Shown: positions 42,016 through 52,611 of the stretch, piece by piece
How positions within the stretch are numbered: position 1 is the stretch's first letter
Layout of the letters: every line of letters starts with the position of its first letter
Assembly: GCF_009379765.1 (NCBI RefSeq)
Contig: NZ_WHTD01000016.1
Span: 8,694-72,693 of the forward strand
Direction: 5' to 3'
Length of the DNA: 64,000 nucleotides
Source of the DNA: Actinophytocola sp.
GTDB lineage: Bacteria > Actinomycetota > Actinomycetes > Mycobacteriales > Pseudonocardiaceae
Made by a program: the position numbers and the translations under genes
The notes under the pieces: model-generated
What the model was told of the DNA's origin: nothing
The model's database searches: none
Seen by the model: only the letters and a program-made list of their open reading frames with translations

Positions 42016-43680
42016 GTGACCGATGGCCCACTGATCGTGCAGTCCGACAAGACATTGCTGCTCGAGGTCGACCATCCCGGTGCCGGCGACGCGCGGATCG
42101 CCATCGCGCCGTTCGCCGAGCTGGAGCGGGCGCCCGAGCACGTGCACACCTACCGCGTGACGCCGCTGGCGCTGTGGAACGCCCGTGCCGCCGGACATGA
42201 CGCCGAGCAGGTCGTCGACGCGCTGACGCGGTTCTCCCGCTACCCCGTGCCGCAGCCGTTGCTGATCGACATCGTCGACACGATGGGCCGGTTCGGCAGG
42301 CTGCAGCTGCAGAACCACCCCGCGCACGGGCTCACGATGTCCACGACCGACCGCGCGGTGCTCGAGGAAGTGTTGCGGCACAAGAAGATCGCGCCGATGC
42401 TCGGCGACCGCGTCGACGACGACACGGTCATCGTGCACCCCAGCGAGCGCGGGCGGCTCAAGCAGGTGCTGCTGAAGGTCGGCTGGCCGGCCGAGGACCT
42501 CGCCGGATACGTCGACGGGGAGCACCACCCGATCGCGCTGCGCGAGGAGGGGTGGCAGCTGCGCGACTACCAGCGCCAGGCGGCGGAGACGTTCTGGGCC
42601 GGCGGGTCCGGCGTGGTCGTGCTGCCCTGTGGCGCCGGCAAGACTCTGGTGGGCGCCGCGGCGATGGCCGAGGCCCAGGCCACCACGCTCATCCTGGTGA
42701 CCAACACCGTCGCCGGCCGGCAGTGGAAGCGGGAGCTGGTCGCGCGCACGACGCTCACCGAGGAGGAGATCGGCGAGTACTCGGGCGAGCGCAAGGAGAT
42801 CCGGCCGGTCACCATCGCCACCTACCAGGTCATGACCCGCAAGTCCAAGGGCGAGTACCGGCATCTGGAGCTGTTCGACTCGCGCGACTGGGGCCTGGTC
42901 GTCTACGACGAGGTGCACCTGCTGCCCGCGCCCGTCTTCCGCATGACGGCCGACCTGCAGTCGCGCAGGCGGCTCGGCCTGACGGCCACCCTGGTCCGCG
43001 AGGACGGCCGCGAGGGCGACGTCTTCTCGCTGATCGGCCCGAAACGCTACGACGTGCCGTGGCGTGACATCGAGGCACAGGGCTGGATCGCGCCTGCGGA
43101 GTGCATCGAGGTACGCGTGACGCTCACCGACAGCGAGCGCCTGGCCTACGCGACCGCCGAGCCGGAGGAGCGGTACAAGCTGTGCTCCACGGTCGAGACG
43201 AAGGTTCCGGTGGTGCAGAAGATCCTGGCGAGGCACCCCGACGATCCCACGCTGGTGATCGGGGCGTACCTGGACCAGCTCGAGGAGTTGGGCGCGGTGC
43301 TGGAGGTCCCGATCATCCAGGGCTCGACCCGCAACGCCGAGCGTGAGCGCCTCTTCGACCTGTTCCGCCGCGGCGAGCTGCGGACACTGGTGGTGTCCAA
43401 GGTGGCCAACTTCTCCATCGACCTGCCGGAGGCCACGGTCGCCGTGCAGGTGTCGGGCACCTTCGGCTCGCGCCAGGAGGAGGCCCAGCGGCTCGGCAGG
43501 CTGTTGCGCCCCAAGGAGGACGGCCGGCAGGCCCACTTCTACTCGGTGGTGTCGCGCGACACGCTGGACACGGACTACGCCGCGCACCGGCAGCGGTTCC
43601 TGGCCGAGCAGGGCTACGCCTACACGATCCGCGACGCGGACGACTTCCTCGGCCCGGCCCTCCCGGAGGTCGCCGGCTGA
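42016..43680 (+). CDS. ercc3: DNA repair helicase XPB
   Basis: MTDGPLIVQSDKTLLLE, LPCGAGKT, DEVH, LGLTAT, QRLGRLLRPK. Confidence 0.95.
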   Translation: MTDGPLIVQSDKTLLLEVDHPGAGDARIAIAPFAELERAPEHVHTYRVTPLALWNARAAGHDAEQVVDALTRFSRYPVPQPLLIDIVDTMGRFGRLQLQNHPAHGLTMSTTDRAVLEEVLRHKKIAPMLGDRVDDDTVIVHPSERGRLKQVLLKVGWPAEDLAGYVDGEHHPIALREEGWQLRDYQRQAAETFWAGGSGVVVLPCGAGKTLVGAAAMAEAQATTLILVTNTVAGRQWKRELVARTTLTEEEIGEYSGERKEIRPVTIATYQVMTRKSKGEYRHLELFDSRDWGLVVYDEVHLLPAPVFRMTADLQSRRRLGLTATLVREDGREGDVFSLIGPKRYDVPWRDIEAQGWIAPAECIEVRVTLTDSERLAYATAEPEERYKLCSTVETKVPVVQKILARHPDDPTLVIGAYLDQLEELGAVLEVPIIQGSTRNAERERLFDLFRRGELRTLVVSKVANFSIDLPEATVAVQVSGTFGSRQEEAQRLGRLLRPKEDGRQAHFYSVVSRDTLDTDYAAHRQRFLAEQGYAYTIRDADDFLGPALPEVAG

Positions 43681-43785
43681 GCGTCGGACTCGCGGGTCCC
43701 GAGCGTTGGACTCGCGGGTCCTGAGCGTTGGACTCGCGGGTCCTGAGCGTCGGACTCGCGGGTCCTGGGCGTTGGACTCGCGGGT
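43679..43785. repeat. 22-bp tandem repeat x5 between convergent genes
   Basis: Unit GAGCGTTGGACTCGCGGGTCCT, the reverse complement of the 37134 family. No spacers. Confidence 0.9.
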
Positions 43786-44222
43786 CAGCCGGCGAGGTCG
43801 GCCTCGGCGATCACCTTGGTGATCGTGCCGATGACCAGGAGCTCGCCCGGCACGGCGTTGCGGCGGCCGAGCTCCTCTCCCCGTTCCGCGCCCAGGTAGC
43901 GGGCTCCCAGCCTGGTGGCCCAGGCGAGCAGGTCGCCCGGCTCCTCGGTGAGCTCCGCGTGGGCGTGGAAGATCACGTACGAGAACGGCGGCCCGTCGCT
44001 GTCGACGCACATCGAGAACCGCGGGTCGCGGCGCAAAGCCTTGCCCTTCACCGTGTTCGCGCCGGTGTTGAACAGGATTCGGTCGACTCCGTCCGACGAG
44101 TCGATGAGGAACCAGACCGGTGCCACGTGCGGCGCGCCGTCGGCGCGGACCGTCGCCACTTTGCCCGTCCGGGTGCCGTGCATCGCGAACGCCAGCCACT
44201 CGTCGCGCTCCATGCGGTGCAT
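43785..44222 (-). CDS. PPOX-class F420-dependent oxidoreductase
   Basis: TGKVATVRADGAPHVAPVWF, K..ALRRDPR. TGATG-coupled to the upstream gene. Confidence 0.88.
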   Translation of the reverse strand: MHRMERDEWLAFAMHGTRTGKVATVRADGAPHVAPVWFLIDSSDGVDRILFNTGANTVKGKALRRDPRFSMCVDSDGPPFSYVIFHAHAELTEEPGDLLAWATRLGARYLGAERGEELGRRNAVPGELLVIGTITKVIAEADLAG

Positions 44223-45034
44223 CAGGCGAGCTCCGCCAGCACGGCGTCGGCGAGCTCCGGCCACGCGTCGACCGCCCACTGGCCGAACGTCCGGTCGGTG
44301 AGGACCACACAGGACACCCGCGCCTCCGGGTCCACCCACAGAAACGTGCCCGACTGCCCGAAGTGCCCGAACGTCCGGGGCGAGCTGTTCTTGCCCGTCC
44401 AGTGTGGACTCTTGTGGTCCCGCAGCTCGAAGCCCAGCCCCCAGTCGTTCTCCTTCTGGTAGCCGAACCCGGGCAGCACGCCGGCAAGCCCGGGGAACGC
44501 CACCGTCGTGGCCTCCGCGAGGGTGGCCGGCGAGAGCAGCGTCGGTGCCTGCAGCTCGGCCGCGAACAGCACCAGGTCGTCGCATGTGGACACCGCGCCC
44601 GCGGCCGCGGTGCCGGCCAGGCGGGACGACGTCATGCCCAGCGGCCCGAGCACCGCCTCGGTCAGGTACTCGGCGAAGGGGATCCCGGACGCCTCGTGCA
44701 CGGTGTCGGCGAGGACCTCGAAGCCGGGGTTGGAGTACAGCCGCCGGTTGCCGGGTGCCGCGACCACCTTGTGCTCGTCGAACGCCAGGCCGGACGTGTG
44801 CGCGATCAGGTGCCGAACCGTGGCACCGGACGGGCCCGCCGGCTGGTCCCACTCGACCGCGCCCTCCTCGACCGCGATCAGCGTCGCGTACGCGGTGAGC
44901 AGCTTGGTCACCGACGCCAGCGTGAGCTCCCGGGACATCGGCCCCTGGGAAGCCAGCACCGAACCGTCCGCGGCGACCACCGCCGCGGCGGCGTTGTCCA
45001 CCGGCCAGCCGGCCACCGCACGCACACTCTCCAT
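44222..45034 (-). CDS. Serine hydrolase (beta-lactamase-like)
   Basis: ASVTK, HTSG, YSN, FGHFGQSG. Confidence 0.9.
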   Translation of the reverse strand: MESVRAVAGWPVDNAAAAVVAADGSVLASQGPMSRELTLASVTKLLTAYATLIAVEEGAVEWDQPAGPSGATVRHLIAHTSGLAFDEHKVVAAPGNRRLYSNPGFEVLADTVHEASGIPFAEYLTEAVLGPLGMTSSRLAGTAAAGAVSTCDDLVLFAAELQAPTLLSPATLAEATTVAFPGLAGVLPGFGYQKENDWGLGFELRDHKSPHWTGKNSSPRTFGHFGQSGTFLWVDPEARVSCVVLTDRTFGQWAVDAWPELADAVLAELA

Positions 45035-45044
45035 GCCGCCGACG

Positions 45045-46193
45045 TTACTCACCGGGCCGGGTGAGCCCCTCGTCGGCGGCACCCAGCGAGCTCACCACCC
45101 CGTCGGTGCGATCGAGCGCCTCGTCGCGGCGTGCGGGGTCGACGTCCGAGGACGCGGTGAGGTCGCGCAGCCGGATCGGCGGGCCCAGATCCACCAGCGT
45201 CGGGAGGTACTCGGCCTTGTCGACGGTCCAGCCGTCCGGCCCGCGGGTGAACCGGAAGCGGGCCATCACGCCCTCCTCGGTCGTGCCGCGCGGCTCCTCG
45301 TGCCGGGCGACCTGGTTGCCGAGGCCGTACGCGACCCACTTGCCGTCGATCTCGTCGAACGGCTGCACCACGTGCGCGTGGTGGCCCACGATCAGGTCCA
45401 CCGCCGGGTCGGTCAGCAACTCCGCCGCGATCTCCCGCTGCTCGGCCGTCGGCTCGTGCTGATCCTCGATCCCCCAGTGCAGGCTCGCGATCACCACCTC
45501 GGCGCCCGCCTGGCGCGCCGCCCGCGCGGCCGCCAGCACGTCCTCGACGTCGAGCACGTTGCCCATCCACGACTCCGGCGCCTCGGTGCCGAGGTTGAAC
45601 CCGAACGTGAACGACACCTGCCCGACCTTCACCCCGGCCACGTCCCGCACCAGCGGCGCGGCCGCCTCCAGCTCGGTACGCGCCGAGCCGGTGTGGCCGA
45701 TGCCCGCGTCGTCGAGCGCGTCCAGCGTGGTCCGCACGCCCTCGGCGCCGTGGTCGAAGGTGTGGTTGGACGCGGTCGAGCACGTGTCGTAGCCGGTCTC
45801 GGCGAGCGCGGTCGCGACCTCGGGCGGGGCGGCGAACAGCGGGTAGCCCTCGAACGGCCCGTCCTCGTCGGCCAGCGGCACCTCGAGATGGCAGATCGCG
45901 AGGTCGGCCTTCTCGACGACCGGGCGCACGCCGGCGAACAGCTTGGTGAAGTCCCGCTTCCCGCCGCCGTCCTCGGTGGCCTGGTCGGTGAGCGCCGGAT
46001 GGATCAGCACGTCACCGGTCGCCACCACGGTGAACGAGTTGGCGACCGGGGTCTGCGAGCTCGGCGCCGACGAACCCGCCGGCCGGGGCGGCACGGGCTG
46101 CGGGGCGCCGGTGCCACCCGACGCACCCGCGCAGCCCGTTACCAGCACGGTGATACCGCACAAGACCAACAGCGACCGGCGCACCCGGGACAT
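45045..46193 (-). CDS. CapA family lipoprotein
   Basis: Lipobox VTGC; ATGDVLIH, ASNHTFD, SLHWG, GHHAHVVQP, YGLGN. Confidence 0.9.
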   Translation of the reverse strand: MSRVRRSLLVLCGITVLVTGCAGASGGTGAPQPVPPRPAGSSAPSSQTPVANSFTVVATGDVLIHPALTDQATEDGGGKRDFTKLFAGVRPVVEKADLAICHLEVPLADEDGPFEGYPLFAAPPEVATALAETGYDTCSTASNHTFDHGAEGVRTTLDALDDAGIGHTGSARTELEAAAPLVRDVAGVKVGQVSFTFGFNLGTEAPESWMGNVLDVEDVLAAARAARQAGAEVVIASLHWGIEDQHEPTAEQREIAAELLTDPAVDLIVGHHAHVVQPFDEIDGKWVAYGLGNQVARHEEPRGTTEEGVMARFRFTRGPDGWTVDKAEYLPTLVDLGPPIRLRDLTASSDVDPARRDEALDRTDGVVSSLGAADEGLTRPGE

Positions 46194-46231
46194 CCTTCCG
46201 GTGCGCCGGGGTGTGTTCAAGGGCCGAAAGT

Positions 46232-46996
46232 TCAGCCCCTGCGTCGACGCAGCGTGATCACGACCAGCACGACGATGATCGCGACGGCCAGCGGCACGAC
46301 CCGTTTGAGCACCGACGGGCCCGCGTAGGCCAACAGGTCGATCGGCTCGGACTCCGGCTGCGGGTCGACCGCGGCGAGCTTGGGCTTGGCGGCGGGCTTG
46401 GCCTTCGTCGCCGGCTTGGCGGCCGGCTTGGCTGTCGCGGCCGCTTCGCCCGCCTTCGCCCCGGTGTCGGCGGCGTCGGCCCGCTCGGACTCCACGACGG
46501 AGAGCTTGGGCGCCTCTGCCGGCGGCGGCTCGGCGACCTGCTCGGCGACCTGCTCCGGCCCGAGCTTCTTGGCCAGGCACGACACGAACGAGTCAAGGAT
46601 CTTGCCGCCCACCTCGGAGATCAGGCCGCGGCCGAACTGAGCGGGCTTGCCGGTGATCGACAGGTCGGTGTCGACCGAGCCCGCGGTGGCGTCGCCCTCG
46701 GCCCGCAGCGACACGGTGACCGTGGCCGACGCGGTGCCGTTGCCCCTGGTGTCCTTGCCGGACGCCTTGATGACGACCTTGCGGGCCGCCTCGTCCTTCT
46801 CCAGGAACTCGCCGGACCCCTTGTACTGCAGCGAGATCGGCCCGACCTTGACCTTCACCGTGCCCTTGAAGGAGTCGCCGTCGACCTCGCTGAGGCTGGC
46901 GCCGGGCATGCACGGCGCGACCCGCTCCGGGTCCAGCACCGCCGCCCACACGGTGTCCAGGTCCGCCGGCACGACGAACGAGTGCTCGAGCTTCAC
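46232..46996 (-). CDS. coxG: CoxG/SRPBCC membrane-anchor protein
   Basis: DPERVAPCMPGA, VKVKVGPI, GKPAQFGRG, C-terminal TM helix. Confidence 0.85.
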   Translation of the reverse strand: MKLEHSFVVPADLDTVWAAVLDPERVAPCMPGASLSEVDGDSFKGTVKVKVGPISLQYKGSGEFLEKDEAARKVVIKASGKDTRGNGTASATVTVSLRAEGDATAGSVDTDLSITGKPAQFGRGLISEVGGKILDSFVSCLAKKLGPEQVAEQVAEPPPAEAPKLSVVESERADAADTGAKAGEAAATAKPAAKPATKAKPAAKPKLAAVDPQPESEPIDLLAYAGPSVLKRVVPLAVAIIVVLVVITLRRRRG

Positions 46997-47020
46997 GTTC
47001 GATCCTCCCCTCAGAAGGTC

Positions 47021-47060
47021 CACGGCCCCGGGCGACGGGACTCCGTCGCCCGGGGCCGTG
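47021..47060. terminator. Perfect 18-bp stem-loop between the FAD-subunit gene and coxG
   Basis: CACGGCCCCGGGCGACGG-gact-CCGTCGCCCGGGGCCGTG. Confidence 0.65.
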
Positions 47061-47068
47061 GGTCCAGA

Positions 47069-47923
47069 CTATGCGCCGGCAGCCGCGGATACCGCCCGAG
47101 AGGTGAGCACCCGCGCGAGGTGCTGGCGGAACTCGATGTCGGCGTTGCCGTCGGCAGCGGGACTGGTGCCCTCCGCCGCGTGCGCGGCCGCCGCCTTGAT
47201 CGCCTCGGCCGTGGCCGGCTGCCCGACCAGGGCCTGCTCGACCGCGGTCGCCCGGACCGGGGTCGCGGCCATGTTGGTCAGCCCGACCCTGGCCTCGGCG
47301 ATCGAGCCGCCCTCGACGCGCACCGCCACCGCCACCGCCACGATCGGCCACGCCTGGGCCACCCGGTTGAACTTCTCGTAGTGCGCCGACCAGCCGGTCT
47401 TCTTCGGGATCCGCACCTCGACCAGGATCTCGCCCTGGCTCATCGAGGTGGTGAAGAAGTCCGTGAAGAAGTCCGCCGCCGGTATCCTCCGCCGGCCGTC
47501 CATTCCGGACACGACCATCTCGGCGTCCAGTGCGAGCACCGTGGCCAGCAGGTCACCCGCCGGGTCGGCGTGCGCGAGCGAGCCGCCGAACGTGCCGCGG
47601 TGGCGCACCTGCGGGTCGGCCACCGTGTCGGTCGCCGCGGCCAGCAACGCCGCGTGCTCGGCGACCAGCGCGTCGTGCTGCACGTCGTAGTGCGTGGTCA
47701 TGGCGCCGATCACCAGGCTGTCGCCGTCCTCGCGGACACCACGCAGCTCGGCGACCTTGCCGAGGTCGATCAGCTTGGACGGTGCCGCGAGGCGCATCCG
47801 CAGCACCGGCAGCAGGCTCTGGCCGCCCGCGATGACCTTGGCGTCCTCACCCGCCTCGGCCAGCGCCCGGACGGCGTCGTCGACGGTTGTCGGCGCGACG
47901 TAGTCGAATGCCGCGGGGATCAC
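47069..47923 (-). CDS. Molybdenum hydroxylase FAD subunit (CoxM-like)
   Basis: IPAAFDY, AGGQSLLP, VRHRGTFGGSLAHADPAGD. Confidence 0.92.
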   Translation of the reverse strand: MIPAAFDYVAPTTVDDAVRALAEAGEDAKVIAGGQSLLPVLRMRLAAPSKLIDLGKVAELRGVREDGDSLVIGAMTTHYDVQHDALVAEHAALLAAATDTVADPQVRHRGTFGGSLAHADPAGDLLATVLALDAEMVVSGMDGRRRIPAADFFTDFFTTSMSQGEILVEVRIPKKTGWSAHYEKFNRVAQAWPIVAVAVAVRVEGGSIAEARVGLTNMAATPVRATAVEQALVGQPATAEAIKAAAAHAAEGTSPAADGNADIEFRQHLARVLTSRAVSAAAGA

Positions 47924-50307
47924 TTGGCACCTCCGGACTGGATGGCCTGCCACACCCGCATGGGCGTGCACGGCATCTGGATGTCGTTCACCCCGAAGTG
48001 GCGCACCGCGTCGACCACGGCGTTGACCACGGCCGGGGTCGAGGCGATCGTGCCGGCCTCGCCGACGCCCTTGACGCCCAGCACGTTCGACGTCGACGGC
48101 GTCTCGGTCCGGTCGGTGACGAACGCGGGCAGGTCGGCCGCGGTCGGCACCAGGTAGTCGGCGAGCGTGCCCGTGGTCAGCGTGCCCGACTCGTCGTGCA
48201 CGGCCTCCTCGAACAGCGCCTGCGCGATGCCCTGGGCGAGCCCGCCGTGCACCTGGCCCTCGACGATCAGCGGGTTGATGACCTTGCCGATGTCGTCGAC
48301 GCACACGTAGGAACGGATCCCGACCCGGCCCGTCTCCGTGTCCACCTCGGTGGCGCACAGGTGCGTGCCGTGCGGGAAGGAGAAGTTCTCCGGGTCGAAC
48401 GTGGCCTCGGAGTCCAGGTTCGGCTCGACACCGTCGGGCAGGTCGTGCGCGGCGAACACGGCCAGCGCGATGTCCTGGATGGACACCGACTTGGCCCCGG
48501 ACGCCTCGGTGCCCGCGCCACGCACCTGGAACGAGCCGTTCGCGAACTCGACGTCGCCCTCGCCCGCTTCCAGCATGTGCGCGGCGACCTTCGCGGCCTT
48601 GGCCTTCACCTTGTCCGCGGCGGCCACCACGGCCATCGCACCGACGGTCAGCGAACGCGAGCCGTAGGTGTCCATGCCCTTGTGCGAGGACTGGGTGTCG
48701 CCGTGGAGGACCTCGACGTCCTCGAACGGCACGCCCAGCTGGTCGGCGACGATCTGGCTCCAGGCCGTCTCGTGGCCCTGGCCGTGCGGCGAGGAGCCGG
48801 TGACGACCTCGACCTTGCCGGTGGGCAGCATCCGGATCGCCGCGTGCTCCCAGCCGCCCGCCCCGTAGGACAGCGAGCCGAGCACCCGCGACGGCGCGAG
48901 GCCGCACATCTCGGTGAACGTCGAGATGCCGATGCCGAGCTGGACCGCGTCACCGCGTTCGCGACGTTCCTTCTGCTCGGCCCGCAGGGCGTCGTAGCCG
49001 AACAGCTCCTTGGCCTTGGCCGTGGCCGCCTCGTAGTTGCCCGAGTCGTAGGTGAGGCCCGCGACCGTGGTGAACGGGAACTCCTCGTGCTTGATCCAGT
49101 TCTTCTCGCGGACCTCCATCGGGTCCACGCCGAGCTCGGCGGCCAGCTCGTCCATCAGGCGCTCGATGGCGTAGGTGGCTTCCGGGCGGCCCGCGCCGCG
49201 GTAGGCGTCGGTCGGCGTCTTGTTCGTGAACACGTTGGTGCACACGAAGCGGTAGGCCGGGAACTTGTAGATCGCGTTGTACATGAACGCGCCGAGGATC
49301 GGCACCCCCGGCGTGACCAGGCGCAGGTACGCGCCCATGTCGGCGAGCAGCTCCACCTTCAGTCCGGTGACCGTGCCGTCGCGGCGCGCGGCGAGGGTCA
49401 GCTTCTGGATCTGGTCGCGGCCGTGGTGGCCCGACATCATGCTCTCGCTGCGCGACTCGGTGTACTTCACCGGCTTGCCGACCCGGCGGGCCACGAGGAA
49501 GGTCAGCACCTCCTCGGGCGTGACCTGCAGCTTGCCGCCGAAGCCGCCGCCCACGTCCGGCGCGATCACCCGGACCTTGTGCTCGGGCACGGACAGCGTC
49601 ATCGCGAGCATCAGCCGCAAGATGTGCGGGATCTGGGTGGCCGACCACATCGTGTACTGCTCGCCGGTCGGGTCGACGACCACCGAGCGGGGCTCCATGA
49701 ACGCCGGGATCAGCCGCTGCTGGCGGTAGGTGCGCTCGATCAGCACCTCGGCTTCGGAGATCGCCTGCTCGACGTCACCGCCGGAGCCGGCCTCGCCGGA
49801 GTCGAAGATCCACGTGGCGCTGGCGTTGGAGCCGAGGTCCTCGTGCACCAGGTCGGCCCCGTCGGCGACCGCTGCCGCCATGTCGAGCACCACGGGCAGC
49901 TCGTCGTAGTCGATGTCGATCGACTCGAGCGCGTCGGCCGCCTCGTAGGCGCTGCGGGCGACCACGACCGCGACCGCCTCACCGGCGAAGTTGACCTGGT
50001 CCACGGCGATCGACGGGGCGGCGGGCGCCTTCATGTCGGCGGTGATCGGCCACGCGCACGGCAGGCTGCCCTGCTCGTCGGCGAGGTCCGCACCGGTCAT
50101 CACGGCGACGACGCCGGGCATGTCCTTGGCGGCCGACGCGTCGACCTTGGTGATCCGGGCGTGCGCCATGGGGCTGCGCAGGATCGCCATGTGCAGGAGC
50201 CCTGGCAACACGAGGTTGTCGGTCCAGCGGGTGCGGCCGGTGAGCAGCCGCGCGTCCTCCTTGCGCTTGCGACTCTTGCCGACCTCGGGCTCGATGGTCG
50301 CGGTCAT
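47920..50307 (-). CDS. Molybdenum hydroxylase large subunit (form II CoxL-like)
   Basis: [37 protein letters not shown]-like DTYGSRS, KGVGEAG. Confidence 0.92.
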   Translation of the reverse strand: MTATIEPEVGKSRKRKEDARLLTGRTRWTDNLVLPGLLHMAILRSPMAHARITKVDASAAKDMPGVVAVMTGADLADEQGSLPCAWPITADMKAPAAPSIAVDQVNFAGEAVAVVVARSAYEAADALESIDIDYDELPVVLDMAAAVADGADLVHEDLGSNASATWIFDSGEAGSGGDVEQAISEAEVLIERTYRQQRLIPAFMEPRSVVVDPTGEQYTMWSATQIPHILRLMLAMTLSVPEHKVRVIAPDVGGGFGGKLQVTPEEVLTFLVARRVGKPVKYTESRSESMMSGHHGRDQIQKLTLAARRDGTVTGLKVELLADMGAYLRLVTPGVPILGAFMYNAIYKFPAYRFVCTNVFTNKTPTDAYRGAGRPEATYAIERLMDELAAELGVDPMEVREKNWIKHEEFPFTTVAGLTYDSGNYEAATAKAKELFGYDALRAEQKERRERGDAVQLGIGISTFTEMCGLAPSRVLGSLSYGAGGWEHAAIRMLPTGKVEVVTGSSPHGQGHETAWSQIVADQLGVPFEDVEVLHGDTQSSHKGMDTYGSRSLTVGAMAVVAAADKVKAKAAKVAAHMLEAGEGDVEFANGSFQVRGAGTEASGAKSVSIQDIALAVFAAHDLPDGVEPNLDSEATFDPENFSFPHGTHLCATEVDTETGRVGIRSYVCVDDIGKVINPLIVEGQVHGGLAQGIAQALFEEAVHDESGTLTTGTLADYLVPTAADLPAFVTDRTETPSTSNVLGVKGVGEAGTIASTPAVVNAVVDAVRHFGVNDIQMPCTPMRVWQAIQSGGAK

Positions 50308-50345
50308 ATCGCCACCTCCGCGGGGACGAGTACGTCGATGGACAT
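50304..50345 (-). other. 13-aa bridging mini-[16 protein letters not shown]
   Basis: Starts in a TGATG overlap with the small-subunit stop and ends in an ATGA overlap with the large-subunit start. Confidence 0.5.
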
Positions 50346-50869
50346 CAGTTGCCGCCTCCCACGACACCGCTGGTCTCGCTGACCTGCTCGGCCTCGGGGC
50401 CCGCGCCGCCCTTCATGTGGCTGGCGGCGTCGCGCACCGCGCGGACGATGTTCTGGTAGCCGGTGCAGCGGCAGAGGTTGCCCTCGAGGCCCTCGCGCAC
50501 GGCCTGGTCGTCCGGGTCCGGGTTGTCGGCGAGGAGGTCGATCGACTGCATGATCATCCCTGGCGTGCAGAAGCCGCACTGCAGGGCGTGGTTCTCGTGG
50601 AAGGCCCGCTGCACCGGATGAAGCCGGCCGTCGCGGGCCAGACCTTCGATCGTGGTGACCTCGCTGCCGTCGGCCTGGACGGCGAGCACGGAGCAGGACT
50701 TCACGCTGTGCCCGTCGAGGTGGACGGTGCAAGCGCCGCAGTTGCTGGTGTCACAGCCCACCACGGTGCCGACCTTCCCGAGACGATCGCGCAGATAGTG
50801 CACGAGCAGTTGGCGTGGTTCGACGTCGTCGGTGTACTTGGTTCCGTCAACGGTCACGGTGATGCGCAT
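50345..50869 (-). CDS. Molybdenum hydroxylase 2Fe-2S subunit (CoxS-like)
   Basis: [29 protein letters not shown]. Confidence 0.93.
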   Translation of the reverse strand: MRITVTVDGTKYTDDVEPRQLLVHYLRDRLGKVGTVVGCDTSNCGACTVHLDGHSVKSCSVLAVQADGSEVTTIEGLARDGRLHPVQRAFHENHALQCGFCTPGMIMQSIDLLADNPDPDDQAVREGLEGNLCRCTGYQNIVRAVRDAASHMKGGAGPEAEQVSETSGVVGGGN

Positions 50870-51021
50870 GGGGCCTCCAATACGACACAGACGGCCACGG
50901 CTGGTCGGTTCGGGAAACGCGTGAGCGGACTCACAGCACACGAGCCTGCCCCCGCCGGACCGATCGGACAAGTCCAGGCGTGGAAAAGTGGATCGGTGCG
51001 CGAAATCGGAGGGCGCGCCCC

Positions 51022-51591
51022 ATGCGGAAGCTGACGTACATGATCGCCATGTCGGTCGACGGGTTCATCGCCGGACCCGGTGGGGAGTACGACATGTACC
51101 CCACACCCGAGGCGTACCTGGGCTATCTGACCAGCGAGTACCCCGAGACGATCCCGTCGCACGTGCGACCGCACCTCGGCATCGCCGACGCGCCCAACAA
51201 GCTGTTCGACACGGTCGTCCAGGGCCGGGTGACCTACCAGCCCGCCATCGACATCGGCGTCCCGAGTCCGTACGCGCACCTGCGCCAGCTCGTCGTGTCG
51301 ACGACCCTGTCCTCCCCCGACCCGGCCGTGGAGATCGTCGCCGGCGACCCGGTGGCCCGGGTCCGCGAGCTCAAGGCCGAGGACGGGCTGGGCATCTACC
51401 TGGCCGGCGGCGCCCGGCTGGCCGGGGCGCTGAAGGACGAGATCGACGAGGTGATCGTGAAGCTGTACCCGATCATGCTCGGCACCGGGATCCCCATGAT
51501 CAACGGCGAGTTCGGCACCCTGTCGCTGGAGCGGTCCGACATCACGACGTTCGACAGCCGGCATGTGATACTTCGCTACATCCGGGCTTAG
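51022..51591 (+). CDS. Dihydrofolate reductase/RibD C-terminal family protein
   Basis: [35 protein letters not shown]. Confidence 0.85.
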   Translation: MRKLTYMIAMSVDGFIAGPGGEYDMYPTPEAYLGYLTSEYPETIPSHVRPHLGIADAPNKLFDTVVQGRVTYQPAIDIGVPSPYAHLRQLVVSTTLSSPDPAVEIVAGDPVARVRELKAEDGLGIYLAGGARLAGALKDEIDEVIVKLYPIMLGTGIPMINGEFGTLSLERSDITTFDSRHVILRYIRA

Positions 51592-51620
51592 GATCGTTCG
51601 CACCGCTTACGATCAGTGAC

Positions 51621-52574
51621 GTGGCCTCCTCCGTCGCTGGTCAGCGGGCGATTCCGGACAATTTTCCCGAGTACCGGCGCGGGGTCGTGCTCGGCGCGAC
51701 CGCGTACGGGCTGTGGGGCCTGTTCCCGCTGTACTGGACGCTGCTCGGCGACGCGGGCGCGCTGGAGACGCTGGCGCACCGGATGGTGTGGTCGCTGGTC
51801 GTCGTGCTCGGCGTGGTGTGGTGGCTCGGCCGGCGGCGCGGCACGGGGTTCGCGCCGGTCCGCGCGGTGCTGGCCGACCGGCGCCGGCTGGTTCTGCTGG
51901 CGACCGCGGCGGTGCTGATCGCGTTCAACTGGGGCGCCTACATCTGGGGCGTGAACAACGGGCGCGTGGTGGAGACGGCACTCGGCTACTTCACCGGACC
52001 GCTGGTGTCCGTGCTGATCGGCGTGCTGCTGCTGGGCGAGCGGCTGCGGACCTGGCAGTGGGTCGCGGTCGGGCTCGGCGCGGTCGCGGTCGTGGTGCTG
52101 GCGATCGGCTACGGGCAGGTGCCGTGGGTCGCGCTGATCCTCGCGTTCAGCTTCTCGACCTACGGGCTGGTGAAGAAGCTGGCCGGGGTCGCGGCCGTCG
52201 AGTCGGTGGGCATCGAGGCCGGCGTCACGCTGGTACCGGCGCTCGCCTACATCTGCTTCGTGGAGGCCGACGGGTCGGGCACGTTCTTCTCGCTGGGCGC
52301 CGGCCACGCGCTGCTGCTGGTGGGCGGCGGGATCGTGTCGACGCTGCCGCTGCTGGCCTTCGGCGGTGCGGCGGTGCGGATCCCGCTGTCGATGATCGGG
52401 CTGCTCCAGTACCTCGCGCCGGTCCTGCAGTTCGCGTTCGGCGTGCTCGTGTTCCACGAGCGGATGCCGCCGGAGCGCTGGCTGGGCTTCGCGATCGTGT
52501 GGCTGGGCCTGGCCGTCCTGACGGCCGACGGCATGCGGAGCGCCCGGACGCCACGCGTCCTGGAGCCCGCCTGA
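51621..52574 (+). CDS. rarD: EamA-family transporter RarD
   Basis: AYGLWGLFPLYW, AHRMVWS, NW..YIWGVN, ALGYF, GLLQYLAP. Start approximate. Confidence 0.88.
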   Translation: MASSVAGQRAIPDNFPEYRRGVVLGATAYGLWGLFPLYWTLLGDAGALETLAHRMVWSLVVVLGVVWWLGRRRGTGFAPVRAVLADRRRLVLLATAAVLIAFNWGAYIWGVNNGRVVETALGYFTGPLVSVLIGVLLLGERLRTWQWVAVGLGAVAVVVLAIGYGQVPWVALILAFSFSTYGLVKKLAGVAAVESVGIEAGVTLVPALAYICFVEADGSGTFFSLGAGHALLLVGGGIVSTLPLLAFGGAAVRIPLSMIGLLQYLAPVLQFAFGVLVFHERMPPERWLGFAIVWLGLAVLTADGMRSARTPRVLEPA

Positions 52575-52601
52575 GTGCGCCTGAGTGCGCCTGAGTGCGC
52601 C
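52571..52601. repeat. 10-bp tandem repeat CTGAGTGCGC x3
   Basis: Directly visible at the rarD/toxin junction. Confidence 0.8.
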
Positions 52602-52611
52602 GACCGTCCAC

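Noticed and set aside
43679-43785. Possible CRISPR array (also 37134-37208 and 22030-22137)
   Set aside because: Units are contiguous without unique spacers, and there are no cas genes in the window.
47920-50307. True aerobic CO dehydrogenase
   Set aside because: Has AYRGAGR rather than AYxCSFR, and SLM gene order.
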